Counted from the stretch's first letter, positions 14,640-28,379 are shown. The stretch: DNA of 64,000 bases from Octopus vulgaris (GCA_951406725.2 OX597817.1:73718001-73782000), one strand, 5' to 3'. The notes: generated by a model not told the origin, from the letters alone. Program-made: numbers and translations.

Positions 14640-14870
14640 GATTGATTCTAGAAACTAAGAAATAAAAGCTGCTGAATAACAAATTATTATTGTAGCGTTT
14701 GAATATGTCTATTCACCTAAACGGCAAGAGATAAACCAAAAGCGCATTCCAATAACTGGAATCGTAATAAAAGAAAGATTTGTCACTATATCTACTGCTT
14801 GAAAATAATCATTCGTTTTCGAGTCAGCTAATGTATTCGAGATTTTGATAGGAATGGAAGAAAAGAAAAA
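14640..14870 (+). pseudogene. Possible pogo/Tigger transposase HTH fragment
   Basis: Degenerate translation 'KRIPITGIVIKE' resembles the CENP-B-type HTH region. Confidence 0.3.
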
Positions 14871-17800
14871 TGCTTTCAAATAGCTATTGGATAAATGCCA
14901 CGAAAATATTTATAGATCATTAGTAAAAGTCTTAGCGTGCGCTTATTAATATTGGCCTATTGACATATTACAGAGCAAACTTTGACACTTTGATTTAGAT
15001 AACGTGGATTGTAGAATAGCGACGGAACGTACTGCAATTTAAAACACTAATAACAACATAGAGAGATTAACATATATCCATATAATGTCTAATTAAAACA
15101 CAACGAACGATTTCACTACATCACCGAGGCAAGAATCTATGAATATTTAGATAATTCTGACAAATGAAAAACGTTTACAAGAAAAACCACCTCTCTCTCA
15201 CTCTTTCTCGCTCACACACACGCATTACCACAGGAAAACATTCACACATGCGCGCGTACAAACACACACACACGTATATTTGAGAAAGTGTGTGTCTGTG
15301 TACGTACACCTTTCATAGTGCTCTAAGTATCTCTTCCAGCACATCAACTCACTTTCATCTCATCTCAGTCTTTTTTTTATGTAACTATCGCCCACATCTC
15401 CGCTTCCCTTGCAGTGCTGAATCTCTGCGATTTATGTTTCTGCATCTTCTTGCACGTCATTGAAAGTTTTAACAACTCCACTACTGTTTATATTTATTCT
15501 TCCGTTGCTATTCTAATCATTTTAACCCATCTTAAAGACACTCATTCTAATCCCCCCCTCTTATTTCCTCTCACTTGCCTCTATCACTAGAGCAATGTTT
15601 TAACATATCTTCTTTATTTTCCTTCTCCGACTCCGAAGTCAGCCACAGACAGCATTTTGCCATAGTTTTGTTCGATCATTTTGCCATAGTTTTGTTGAAA
15701 ATCAACAATAACATGAGAGTTAAAATGGAGAAGCTTAAGATAAGCGCATCTTCTCCAAACAGGCTGTACCTAGCCAGTTACAAATTGGTTTATGTTTGCA
15801 ACTTTTCACAAGTCTACGACTAGTCATTACAGTTACATGCGTGACTTACATAGCCAAAACTTCAATTTTTGACGTGTCTAGAAATAGCACACTAAAATGA
15901 AGTAAAGAAAATAGAAAATTGTCCCGTTTCTTGCACGCACACACGTGAACATGCAAGGAAATGAGTGGATGTCAGACTTAGAGCCAGCTTTAAAAAGAAT
16001 ACAGAATGCTCGTTTTTAAACATAATTCCTTCACACAAAATGTTTGGTTAAATATGTTGACTGATTATATATAGATATTTTCGGACCCCCCATAAAAGAT
16101 GAAATATTATTTATTTATAGCGGTTGTTTCCTCACAATTTTTCTTCTTCATCTGCTTCTTTCTATTTCCTAATTAATCACCATGTTTATACTTCTGTTCC
16201 CATTGTTGCTAAACTTAGAAAGTGTTCATATTCACAAATCATTTGTGTCTGTCTCTTACCACTTATAATTGGTTTGAATTAATGATATTTCCGTCAGAAT
16301 TCCACGTAAAAAATGTCTTGCATTTACATTCACTGTTGCCAAGGATGCAGCTTGGAAAAGAGTTGAGACTAAAAATGTAAGAATGGATCAACATTAAAAG
16401 AATCATTTTGACAAGATGCAAATAGACAACTGGGATTGTCTGATTAACCAGAGACACATCTTGAATACAATACCGACAGACAGACTTCTGGAGGCACCTG
16501 ATATCGTGAGGATTGCCTCGAACAGAATGCTGCTAGACAGGTTACACATAGACACAATAAAACCCCATAGAAGCGTCATATAAGACAGAAACCTTAAAGA
16601 GTAAGACAGGTCAGCTCTGGGGTATACATTGAGAAACAATGGAACTACGATCCAAGACATGGCTATGCTTCTGAAAAATAAGTCATGTCGATTTGTTCGT
16701 TTAAAACCCTTCAAAGCGAAGCTACAGCATGGCCGCAGTCAAATAACTGAAACAGGCAAAAGAATAAAAGAATAACAGAATATGTTACTTTAATAGTAGC
16801 GCTAACCTCCTAGCCCTTGATGATCAATCTATGCCTCAAAAGTACTTGTTACTGTCACAACTAAGGAATCTCATTCTTGGCAGAACATCAGAATATGCAG
16901 TTCTACTTTCCAAATGTTTTCCTGTGGAAATATCTCAAGAAAGGGAAATGTATGCTAACCTTTAAAGTAGAAAGCGAAATCTACAATAACTTTGTTTACT
17001 TTAGCCTCTCCTCAATAAATGCATTGGTGACTTCAGAAACAGATCAGTTACATAACACTATCTCTTTAGGTTTGACTTGATTCTTAAACCGCAAATGATA
17101 ATGTAAAGAACAGTTCTGTCAAAAGTTTTTAGTATGCATTGGAGTCTGCACCCTCCAAGGAGTTTCAAATTACTATTGATGAAAACAAAAAAAACCTCTC
17201 GAAAACAGAAAATCAGACCTACTGTTTTAATAAAGCTGAATGCAATGATGTTGCTATCATCATAAGTGAAAAAAAATCAAATGGCGAAAGAGACGGAAAA
17301 ATCTTCTATATGCTAATGGTGAAAATGGCTAACACTTCGGTTGGATAAAATTCTTCAACATCTAAACTTCAAAATCTAAACTCCTATGCGTTTTCGATCA
17401 CTTACATTGAACGGATAGTCTCAGCTAAGATGACACTGAGACAGTGTGCTACATTAGAACTTGTAGAAAAAACAACTTAGAGCACACTCTTGCGTGCATT
17501 TACCAGATACAATCAATAATAATGTAGCAGGAGATCTTGGTCAATCCAGAATTATTTCAAGTGTTATTGGTAACTCTCGATGCATCCACGAATAAACAGA
17601 GGATGTAATGAATGTTCGTTGTTGTAGTCGCCTATATCTCTTTGTAACTTACTTGAAACCATACATGAAAAGAAATTTAAGAAAAGATCCATTCAGGTCA
17701 AACATATATTCACAGGCATGATTTCAAAGCTAGGGCTTTCCATTTAAAATTGAGGTGGGTTGAATGAATTTGGTTATCGAATGGCAACTATTTTAATCTG

Positions 17801-18288
17801 TCGAGTGCCGTATGTATACCAAAATAATAGCTAAAAAGTGGATTGCTACTTGCTTACAACTCGATCTGGTCAACAAGTTAAATTCATTCCAGTTAATATG
17901 ATTTTATTTAATCATCAGTACTTTTAGGCCCTAGTAGAAACATAGAAATCTACTATATTGTTCAACCCGAGATGGTTTATACTTTCGGTGGTACCTTCAA
18001 CAGTAATTGGCCTTGCATGAAAAATGACAAATACACCAAATGGTCGTCAGTTATGAAGAGGATACAAAAGCAAGTGTGGCTTTGTTAATTAGAGAAAACG
18101 AGGAACAGAGGTTGGAAACTTCCAAACCTTGGTTAGACAGCATGAAATTGGAAATAGATTGAAGTGTTCACTACTGCCCACTCCAGACCAAGACATTTAA
18201 TGCGCACAACATTGCTAATTTCCGCAGAAAGTGAATCAACAAGTGTTGCAACGCAGCAAAACATCTCCGATTATATATCCTAGCTCTT

Positions 18289-18690
18289 AAGGCGGCGAGC
18301 TGGCAGAAACGTTAGCATGCCGGGCGAAATGCTTAACGGTATATCGTCTGCCGCTACGTTCTGAGTTCAAATTCCGCCGAGGTCGACTTTGCCTTTCATC
18401 CTTTCGGGGTCGATAAATTAAGTACCAGTTACGTACTGGGGTCGATATAATTGACTTAATCCGTTTGTCTGTCCTTGTTTGTCCTCTCTGTGTTTAGTCC
18501 CTTGTAGGTAGTAAAGAAATAGGTATTTTGTCTGCCGTTATGCTCTGAGTTCAAATTCCGCCGAGATCGACTTTGTCTTTCATCCTTTCAGGATCGATAA
18601 ATTAAGTACTATTTGCTTACAGGGGTTGATCTAATCGACTGGGCCCTATCCCCAAAATTTCGGGCTTTGTTCCTAGAGTAGAAATGGATA
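18289..18690 (+). mobile_element. Tandem SINE-like family A copies inserted in the Helitron
   Basis: Full head 'ggcggcgagctggcagaaacgttagc...gttcaaattcc' followed by a second partial copy. Confidence 0.85.
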
Positions 18691-18855
18691 TTTCCTAGCT
18701 CTTGGGGAACTGGTGCATTTTTGCCCTTTTCATTTATGAAGGTTACTCCAGCATTGAACAAATTGATGTCCATTTTAGAAATGACCATTCAGTTTATGTC
18801 GCTACAGTAATGGCTCAGTGCAACAACAGCATCGATAGGATACAATGCTTATAAC

Positions 18856-19657
18856 CTGTGCTAGCATAATTATTTTATCAAACACTGTTGAACCATTAGG
18901 TTTCGCTCTACTATATCGGGAAAAATAAGTAATATTGATTAGGAAACAAGGGACCCCTGTTTGAAGGGAGCTTGACATTACGTTTAAAGATACGGCTGGA
19001 ATAGTAAATATTGTATACTCCAGTAAGCGTGAACGTTTCTTTCTGCGACAGCTTTTTAGCGGACTGTAAACTATTGTTAGTATTCGGGACAGGTCTTTGG
19101 TCAGGATAACTTTCTTCTTACTACTTGTCTCAGAGATTCGAAGATCATTAAATAGTCCCTGAGCGTTAGTCTTTCTCATCTAAGTCATTAGAAAATTTTA
19201 AAACAAGCAAAATCACGGTGTAATTAAAGGAAAAACGACTTAAGATTTCCTAAAATTAGTAACATACCCAAAGAGTCTGAGAAGTTGCAGAGGTGGGTGG
19301 ATGTTTAGTTAATATATAGACATTCATATTTATTAAACTTGAGGAAGAAATAGTACTTCCCTTTTCTGAATCTAATAAACCTGCAGTAGTCTTCTATACA
19401 GACAAATATAATGTATAAAGAGAAGTAAATAAATAAATAAATATATAAAAGATGTAATAGCAGGATCAATTGAAGCATTTTTATTAAGGAGTAACCTGTA
19501 AACCTGAGTTAGAGATAATAGAAAACAATTTATATTGACGCTATTGTATCGTGGTAGAATCTATTCTAATATCTATTTAAAACAGGCGTATACCTTTGTA
19601 ATTGTTCAGTTTCAACACCCGATCTCAGATCAAATCCTTTGCCAAACAAGTAAAACT
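18856..19657 (-). pseudogene. Multi-exon gene-like fragment (exons ~19657-19594, 19495-~19450, 19393-19268, 19179-19019, 18910-18856)
   Basis: AG/GT-bounded open segments with compatible phases: EFYLFGKGFDLRSGVETEQLQR / LLLNKNASIDPAITS / KTTAG..QTLW / MRKTNAQ..CRRKKRSRLL / DRAKPNGSTVFDKIIMLAQ; one donor is missing. Confidence 0.55.
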
Positions 19658-20750
19658 CTAAAATTTATATTGAATTTATACAGGTTCTAAAAATTAACCT
19701 GTGAGGCATATAGCAGACAAAATTAATGGAATCAGAATGAAAGAGTAAAAGAAAAGAAAAGAAAGGAAAAGAAAAGATGAAGATATTTAAGTAGTGACTC
19801 GCTGTGGTTACTCTTTCAGAGAAGAGTGAAACCATTTCAAGTAGAACCAATAGCTTTATTGGAAAATATCCAACCCAATAAAAGAAACGTTACTTTCCAC
19901 TCTCCACGGAACCGGAGGAAGCTATGAGATGAAATCAATAAAGGAATGAATCCAGTATTGCCTGGTGAAAGTTTTGTTTTTGTATTTGCACAGTTTACGA
20001 AGATAACTGTGAAACGTTATTGCATATAAAGTCAAAAGGAGCTCGTTGAATACCTTGTACCTGTGCCATAAGCACTCGGTAAGTCGAGTGCGGTTTCAAA
20101 TCACAGTCGTGCCATTTCACTTAATATTGTTGTAAAACAGTGATTACCAAAGTGGGCGGCTCTGTCCCCACACCACCCTGGACGAAGAGATATGGGGGGA
20201 TGAAAAAAAGTGGGGTGATAATAGGGTGGCCAAAAGGGGGGCATGTAAAAGCAACATAACAATGGGTTAAATAGGTTAAGTATTGTGAAATAGTTGTTTA
20301 GAATTTGTTGCAGAAAGTGGTCTATGTTTGTGGTAGTGAGTATGTGTGTGTGTGTGGGGACACCTGAGTGCCAAGAGGGCAACCACCTGAAGACGTTTCG
20401 GAACTACTGGTGTAAAGTATTTCAACATATTCCAGTGCATGAGAGAAAATGCAAGTAAGAGATGTTGATAGTGTCTGAAAGAAAGAAAAGTTACGAACAG
20501 TTTCGAAACACATATTTGTCATTTCACTTAATATTTTGTCCTCGTACCTTTCACCTTTTTGTTGAGGCAATTGACATTGACATTTCTCTACTCGTAGTGT
20601 TTCGCTACATTCCTTCATGATTTTTGAATGTGTGATAAAACTGAATCTGAAGACGTACTCTTCGGAAACGTGATAGTAGATTATTTTGTGTCTTTTGTAA
20701 ATAATTATTTAACCTCAGCTCAACTCTGATTGTATATGAACCGTGACTAT

Positions 20751-21154
20751 CCCATAATTACATTGTCGGGTACAGTGTATTTCGGATTGCATTATTTTGT
20801 CTTTTTAAAAATGGTAGGCTGTAATTTAAAGGCGATTCAGCAATTATTTCTAGCAAGCTGAGCGAATATGTACGGATAAGAGGATATCTATTCCACATAA
20901 AACCACTGGTTGATTTGTTAACCCACGAATAAAGAAGTAAATGTATATATATATATATATATATATATACATTTACTTCTTTATTCGTGGGTTAACAAAT
21001 CAGCCAGTGGTTTTATGTGGAATAGATATCCTCTTATCCGTACATATTCGCTCAGCTTGCTAGAAATAATAGCTGAATCGCCTTTAAATTACATTTTTAA
21101 AAAGACAAAATAATGCAATCCGAAATACACTGTACCCGACAATGTAATTATGGG
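20751..21154. repeat. Near-perfect ~400-bp palindrome centred on (TA)n
   Basis: Arms of ~190 bp differ by 2 substitutions and one 8-nt indel. Confidence 0.95.
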
Positions 21155-21155
21155 T

Positions 21156-21385
21156 TAGTTATTTTTAGAGAGTTACTTCCCTTATATTTAAAAAAAATAT
21201 GCATTAAAATGGAAAAAAATTATGGTAAATTATTTTAAAAATCGTAGACTCATCGTAGAAGGGCTTGATATGAATCACGACTATAAGATACCCGGTTTTG
21301 GTTAAACTGCACCGCAAAATGTGGGAGTAGTTAGGAATCTAAATCGGAGTAGACAGACACACAATCTTACTTTTATATATAAAGA
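21156..21385 (-). mobile_element. 5' part of a non-autonomous Helitron-like element
   Basis: Minus strand begins 'TCTTTATATATAAAAG...tgtgtgtctgtc', similar to the 5' end at 31590. Confidence 0.55.
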
Positions 21386-22316
21386 TATATAACAATTTAA
21401 CAAATAAAACATATGCATAAATACACACATATATGTACATACCTACATCTATATGTATATATACATGCATATATGGGTACAGGACACCACAAATAAACGT
21501 AGAACACAACGAGAAACGAAAAGATAAAAACAAAACAAGGAAACGGGCTTTTTTTTAACAACGAAAAAACAGAGTACAAGACAAACAACACAAGGAACAT
21601 TCCCCTTCTTCAGCTGCCCCTGTTTCGACTCATTGCGTGTTTCGAAGGTAAGGGCATAACACGACTACGTTGAAACAGTCCTTCTCGCAAAGCGAATTAA
21701 ATTTTTTTTTTTTTTGCGGAGGGATAAAAAAAGGTGACAAGAACAGGACGTAAAAGCAATACAAATAAAGAAAAAAATAGTACAAATAAAGTTGAAAACA
21801 GTAAAAGACAGGACAAGAAAACCAACAATAAGGGCTTTTTAAAGCCTAGACGCTGGAAAAATTCATTTGAACGCATTATGAAGAACGGCTTACGAGGACA
21901 GAAAAGCTGATGTTGACTTGTTGAAGGGAGTAGACAGAAAGAAAGTTAGTAGCCCTCTGGTCAGCGACGAGAGGGAGGAGGAGGAGGAATGGTGAAAGGG
22001 AGAGGAGGAGGAATGGTGAAAGGGAGAGGAGAAGAAACCAGAAAGGGTGAAAAATAAGAGAGGGAGAGAGACAGGTAGAGAGGAAGACATACAGGCAGGG
22101 AGGAAAGGTCAAGTAAAGAGTTAAGAGTATGCGTCATAATTATTGAAATAAAACTTACTTGGAAGAGACGACGCGTGCGTTTGATCATATAATGACAATT
22201 TAATAAATAACACATATGCATACATACATAAAAAAATTATTTAATTCGCTTTGCGGGAAGGATTGTTTCAAAGTAGTCGTGTTCTGCCCTTACCTTCGAA
22301 ATACGCAACGAGTCAA

Positions 22317-22369
<53 letters not shown>

Positions 22370-23123
22370 GTACTTGGAGAAGAAGAAGAACGGAACGAAA
22401 ACGAATGAATCGAATCGACGCGAGGGCGCTGTCAAACAATTGTTTGATAGCGCCCTCGCGTCGTTTCGATTCGATTCGTTCGTTTCGTTCCGTTCTTCTT
22501 CTTCTCCAAGTACTGTTTTATATATTAATTATGACGCGAAATTCTTTATCTCTTTGCTTTACCTTCCTCTCTCTCTCTCTCTCTCTCTCTCACTCCTCCT
22601 CATCTCTCTCAGCCGCTTGTCTTCCTCTATCTCTCTCTCAGCCGCTTGTCTTCCTCTATCTCTCTCTCTCTCACTCCTCCTCATCTTTGTCACTGCTAGC
22701 CAAAACTACTTCCTTTTTACATCTAGCGTGTTTCGAAGGTAAGACAGAACACGACTCGTCGAAACATTTTATGTTTTTCTTTCTTGTTTTTACCCCTCTG
22801 CGAAGTAATTTTATTTTAATTCTCTCGCAGGAAGGGCTAGTTTCGCCGAGTCGTGTTCTGTCTTACCTTCGAAACACGCTATAGTCGAACTAGGGACAGG
22901 TGATGAAGGGTATTTTTCCTTGTGTACTTTGTCTTGTACTGTTTTTCTGTTGTAAAAAAATGGTTTGTTCCATTCTTGTTTTTCCGTTTTGGTTTCTCGT
23001 TGAGTTCTACGTCTAGTTGTGGTGTCCTGTACTTACGTATATATTTATATATGCATGTATATGGACATGTAGATGTAGGTACGTACATATATGTTTGTAT
23101 GTATTCATATATTTTATTTATTA

Positions 23124-23125
<2 letters not shown>
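21386..23125. mobile_element. Nested inverted copies of one repeat (possibly Penelope-type terminal region)
   Basis: 21386-21700 is a diverged reverse complement of 22820-23120; the core 'gcgtgtttcgaaggtaag..aacacgact' occurs +,-,+,- at ~21635, 22275, 22726, 22850. Confidence 0.65.
22358..22525. repeat. ~165-bp palindrome (MITE-like) next to (TA)n
   Basis: taaaacagtacttggagaagaag...caattg...cttcttctccaagtactgtttta. Confidence 0.9.
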
Positions 23126-23169
<44 letters not shown>

Positions 23170-23289
23170 ATATATATGTATGTATATATATATATGTATG
23201 TATGAATTATGTATGTATGTATGTATGTATGTATGTATGTATGTATGTATGTATGTATGTATGTATCTATCTACCTATCTATCTATCTA

Positions 23290-23328
<39 letters not shown>

Positions 23329-23375
23329 AGATAGATAGATAGATAGATACATACATACATACATACATACATACA

Positions 23376-23408
<33 letters not shown>

Positions 23409-23971
23409 GAAATTTCACCTCCGATCAGAATCGAACTTCAGCAAATACAACAAAAAGATCCTTTAAGAGAATCAACCAACTGGAACAGCTGATGTCTGTT
23501 CCCCACAGGGAAGCCAACCAGGCAGAACGACAAACTTGACCACCCGAAAAACAAGACGTCGTACTTTAACGAATCAAAAATCAGACCCGTTCGAAGATTC
23601 CAATAAACGCTGTTACAAGTGAAAATTCCCAAACACGATGGAAAGAGAATCACAGAAACTATCTTCATTTCTCCCTTGTTTTTCTCCATCTTAACTCAGT
23701 ATAACTAAAACTTTGATGATATTCAATTCATGTCGATAACTACTAACACTATTGAATTTTGTACATTGAAACAAGATGATTCACTGTATTATTGTCTGTT
23801 ATGAACATTTAAACTTGCCAACATTGAAACTTTCTCATTCATAATTCAAAATTTTTACCATTGATAAACAAAAAATATTGTTGAAAATAGTTTGGAATAT
23901 ATGTAAATAAATTTATTTACAAAACAATTACAAGTTTTTCAAATGCAGGTGCATTTTCAACGATATTTGCC

Positions 23972-24002
<31 letters not shown>

Positions 24003-24019
24003 ATATATATATGTATATA

Positions 24020-24361
24020 GTGGAGGCGCATGGCTCAGTGGTTAGAGCGTCGAGCTTACGATCGTGAGGTTGTGAGCTCGAATCCCGGACCGGGCTGCGT
24101 GTTGTGTTCTTGAGCAAGACGCTTTATTTCACGTTGCTCCAGTTCACTCAGCTGTAGAAATGAGTTGCGACGTCACAGGTGCCAAGCTGTATCGGCCTTT
24201 GTCTTTCCCTTGGATAACACTGGTGGCGTGGAGAGGGAGGCCGGTATGCATGGGCGACTACTGGTCTTCCATAAAAACAACCTTGCCCAGACTTGTGCCT
24301 CAGAGGGTAACTCTCTAGGTGCAAACCCATGGTCACTCATGACCGAAGGGGGTCTTTACCC

Positions 24362-24365
<4 letters not shown>
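24020..24365 (+). mobile_element. Full-length tRNA-derived SINE (family C) between (TA)n tracts
   Basis: A box 'tggctcagtggttaga', B-box-like 'gctcgaatccc'; reverse copy at 28380-28640. Confidence 0.88.
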
Positions 24366-24422
<57 letters not shown>

Positions 24423-24514
24423 TAATCCAAACAAGAAAACAAAAAGACAACAACGCAAAGATGTGGAACAAATAAAGTATTATTGGACGCTCAGGAAAGA
24501 AGGGAAGAAGGAGG

Positions 24515-24545
<31 letters not shown>

Positions 24546-25220
24546 TGTTTGTATATATATGTGTATATGTATGTATGTATGTATGTATGGATGGATGGAT
24601 GGATGGATGGATGGATGTATGCATGTATATGTATATATAATAACATGATCCACAAAACTTCAACCCTCAACTCGATACCTTGTGGAGGGACCAAATTGTT
24701 TCTTTTACCCACTATCTAAAGAAGAAAACTCGTTAGACAAGTATTGAGAGATAAACATTTCATTTCATACTTTTCATCTTTCAGTGTTGAATCTCTGATG
24801 TCCTTTCAAGAGATTGCTAAATATTATGATGATTTATACAGCAAAATTATTGTATGCATATATAGCACATATGTATGTATAACAAATCAATGATCACATC
24901 CTTGTATGTATATTCTTACGTATTATTTTCTGTTACAGCACTCGCACACACGTACGCGCACACATTCTGTCCCTTTCACACACACACTCTCTCTCTCTCT
25001 CTCTCTCTCTCTGTTACACACACACACACACACACACACATACAGGCGAACATGCGCGCGCGCATTGACATTTTCGCGCGTATGAAGCAACAGGCAGCAA
25101 GTGATTTTCCGGCTGAATTATGTGACTTTTCTCCGGTTGACATTATACGGTTGCATAATGCACTTGCATTATACAACTGTAAAGAAGTCCAGATGGAAAA
25201 AAAATGGCTTTATTTAAAAA

Positions 25221-25252
<32 letters not shown>

Positions 25253-25486
25253 AAGCGTGAGTGTATTTAAACAATATTTGAAACTGTACTTCATTCTGTG
25301 GGATAAAAGCACAATCGCATTGTGTATTCTACTTACCCTCAAAAGATATGATGTAACTATTTCCAATATTGAAAACTGTAGATAAATGTTACTTCTTTAG
25401 AAACATCTCGGTCAATAAGTAAAATGTGTTTCTCAGAAAATATATAGAGACAAATATACCCTAACACACATGTACACACGCGCGCG

Positions 25487-25542
<56 letters not shown>

Positions 25543-25572
25543 CATACATACATACATACATACATACATACA

Positions 25573-25605
<33 letters not shown>

Positions 25606-26879
25606 GTATCTACATTCAATTATATATGTTTATATAAACATATATGCATGCATACATATATACAGACAGACACTTGTATGTACATATGAATATATACGTT
25701 TATACACACACACACACACACACACACATACTAAAATGTGGTTAGTTACATAACAACAGATCAGAGCACAGCCGTGTTGTATATGCTACATGCACCTAAA
25801 AGATGCGATGTATCTATTTCCAATATAGAAAACTATGCCTAAATGTTATTTCTTAAGAAACATATCGGTGAATAAGTTAAAATTGTTTTTCATTTTTATG
25901 ATTGTATTATTCCCTGCTGCATTTCTAAGATTTTTCCTGAGTGCAGAATCTAACTTATCCAATACTACTTACTACATACATACATACATACATACATACA
26001 TACATACATACATACATACATACATACATACATACATAATACATACATAATACATAGGTATATATGTGTGGGGGCAGAGAGAGAGAGAGAGAGAGAGGGA
26101 GTGAGTGAGACAGAAAGAAATAGACTTAAGAATATATATATATGTATATGTATATGTATATATGTGTGTGTGTGTGTGTGTTTGTGGCTGTGTGGTAAGA
26201 AGCTTGTTTCATGATCATATGGTTCCGGGTTCAGTCCCATATATTTGTGTTATATGTATATTTTTCTAATCTGCATCATCGTCATTGTTGTTGTTTTTGT
26301 TGATATTTACTTATACTAATCTCCTCTGATTTGGAGCTGAAATTTTATTGAGATGTATTATACGCGTTCCAGATTTGTATTTTGTAAAGAGAGAGAAAAA
26401 ATAGCAATACTTTCGCATTAAAAAAGAGTAATACATCATCAAGTTTGTCGTCATCATCGTCGTCATCACTGTTATAATCCTCATCTTTTTTCTCTTTCCC
26501 CTCATCCTCCTACTCATTAACGTCAATACCATGACTACCATTATTATTTTCTCTCTCCAAATTACTCGATAAATGCGGGTCACTACACAGAACCAGCGCA
26601 CTGCGCACTAACCTAATAAGGAGCTACACGATGACTTTGCCCCCCCCCCCCCAAAAAAAAAGACAAAACAGAACAAAAGCAACTAAATAAAATCTCTTAG
26701 ATATCATTTGAGTACCAGGAACATAAACTGGGAAAGAAGTACCATCGGTGGGAAAGGATACCAGAAATACAGTCCAAAGTCATGGTACTTCTGTTCTCAT
26801 TTCATGCTATGCTTGATAGCTTCAATTCGGTTATTGAAAAAAAAAAAAGACCAGCTTGTGATACTACAGGTAGAAAGTG

Positions 26880-27450
26880 AACCAGGGTCATACACCATTT
26901 CTTGTATGATGATATAAAATTGTATGCTGCCAACAGCCCCAAGCTTAGAAATCTTCTCAATATTGTCAAGCAGGTTTGTAAAAACATTAAGAATCCTTTT
27001 GTATTGGGAAAATGCAACAAACAGACAGTAAAACGATGTAAATTGGACTAGTGAAGCAGATGATTTTGATCGGCAGGTAAGGAAGTTAACGGAGGTTGTG
27101 CATATATTGGACATGTAATTAAAATAGACCTGTGTCTGTGAAAGATGCCCGAAAGAAAATAAAAATAAATATTGTATCAGTAAAAACTAAAAATGCATCT
27201 CAGTAGCAATAATAATATACAATTACAATGCCAGCTATAACATATATCTTTCTAATGTTGGATTTGAGTATGGTAGAACTAAATCCCTTCGATAGCCTGT
27301 AGTACAAGAAATCTGTTTTAAAAATGTATTTTGCATAATGAGACTGACATTAAAAGACTTCACATGACTAAAAGAATAGGCGATAGAGGAAAACTGAGGG
27401 TCAGGGAGCAATGTATGAAGACAGTTATTAGTGTTGTTCACTACTTTCCG
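26880..27450 (+). pseudogene. Highly decayed non-LTR RT fragment (R4/Dong-like)
   Basis: 'ETDIKRLHMTKRIGDRG' parallels 'ANVDRLYLPRVQGGRG' in the 10060 element. Confidence 0.5.
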
Positions 27451-27879
27451 AACTTACAAGAAGGCGACAAACGTATCCCTGTTGACAATCATAAAATTAT
27501 AGCAAATATTCAAATTAGGCAGGCTGCAGGGTATAAACAGTACCAATGATAAATGGAACTGTAAGATTAAGAAGGTGAGCATAATCATTAAAAATACTAG
27601 GCTAACAAGTCATACACACTATATATAAAAGGTATCTTTGATAAGTACAGTTCGTATCTTAGAGTACACTTTTTGTACACCATTCAACTTATACAGTCTA
27701 CATTCAGCTGCATGATTCAACAAAAACAATTCATATTCTACTAAATCAAGACCAAACCCTACAACAGACACACAAATCCAACAACAGATACACTCTAGAG
27801 GATCAATATCCAATATACTAAGTTCATTCTTATATAATGGGCACCCGATACCACAACACCAATAACCAGTGACATGCCA

Positions 27880-28090
27880 AGAAAGGAGCTTCTAGATGGT
27901 CGCTTAACCTGCATAAAATAGCAGCCAGATCTCTCTCAAATCACAACTTACCGTCTTAAAAACGAAGAACGGGTGCGTTCTCTGATAGTGTCCTTGATAA
28001 AAACAGAAGAAAACGAATGGTAATGATCACAACCGCAATGCCTTTGATTATAGGTATACTCGTATACTCACACTCTACTGGCCTTAAGTC
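27880..28090 (-). repeat. Old dispersed repeat family D (also ~4915, 29780, 30010, 57540, 60180, 62090, 63890)
   Basis: Shared motifs 'agatttggctgctatttctagc' and 'gatcaaag(g/a)cattccag'. Confidence 0.65.
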
Positions 28091-28379
28091 AACAACAACA
28101 ACAACAACAACAAATCACTACTCATAGTCTGCATAGTTGCCTTCTAGTGACATAACACAAGCCATACGGTACAAATCATCTGTCAATACTAGTACACATA
28201 ACGCCAATCGCATGGCACATTTGGAACACAAACGCAACTCAAGACAACAACACAATAGAAACTTTATTCAATATACAACAAAACAAACGCTCTGTCTTAC
28301 ACCTGTGAAAGGCAGGGCTGCAGACAATCGTATAAGACTTGATTACATATATATATATATATATATAATAGGTAAAGAT

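Larger units (their letters stand above)
16790..20100 (+). mobile_element. Decayed Helitron Rep (replication initiator) coding region, interrupted by SINEs and a foreign segment
   Basis: Colinear remnants: QNIRICSSTFQM and MLTFKVESEIY (cf. NIRxYNSxFQM, MPTFKVQGQ), NDVAII, RHD.., PCMKN, KTFNAH, VH..N....VY; many stops and frameshifts. Confidence 0.8.

Noticed and set aside
20387-20675. Two CTGAAGA..GAA(A) hammerhead-like cores
   Set aside because: No valid NUH triplet with consistent stems I and III.
21972-22035. Short tandem repeats (also 22600-22665) as a CRISPR-like array
   Set aside because: Two or three adjacent low-complexity units without spacers, in a eukaryotic context.
24020-24095. 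tRNA gene
   Set aside because: The tRNA-like head continues into a repeated SINE body; no convincing cloverleaf.
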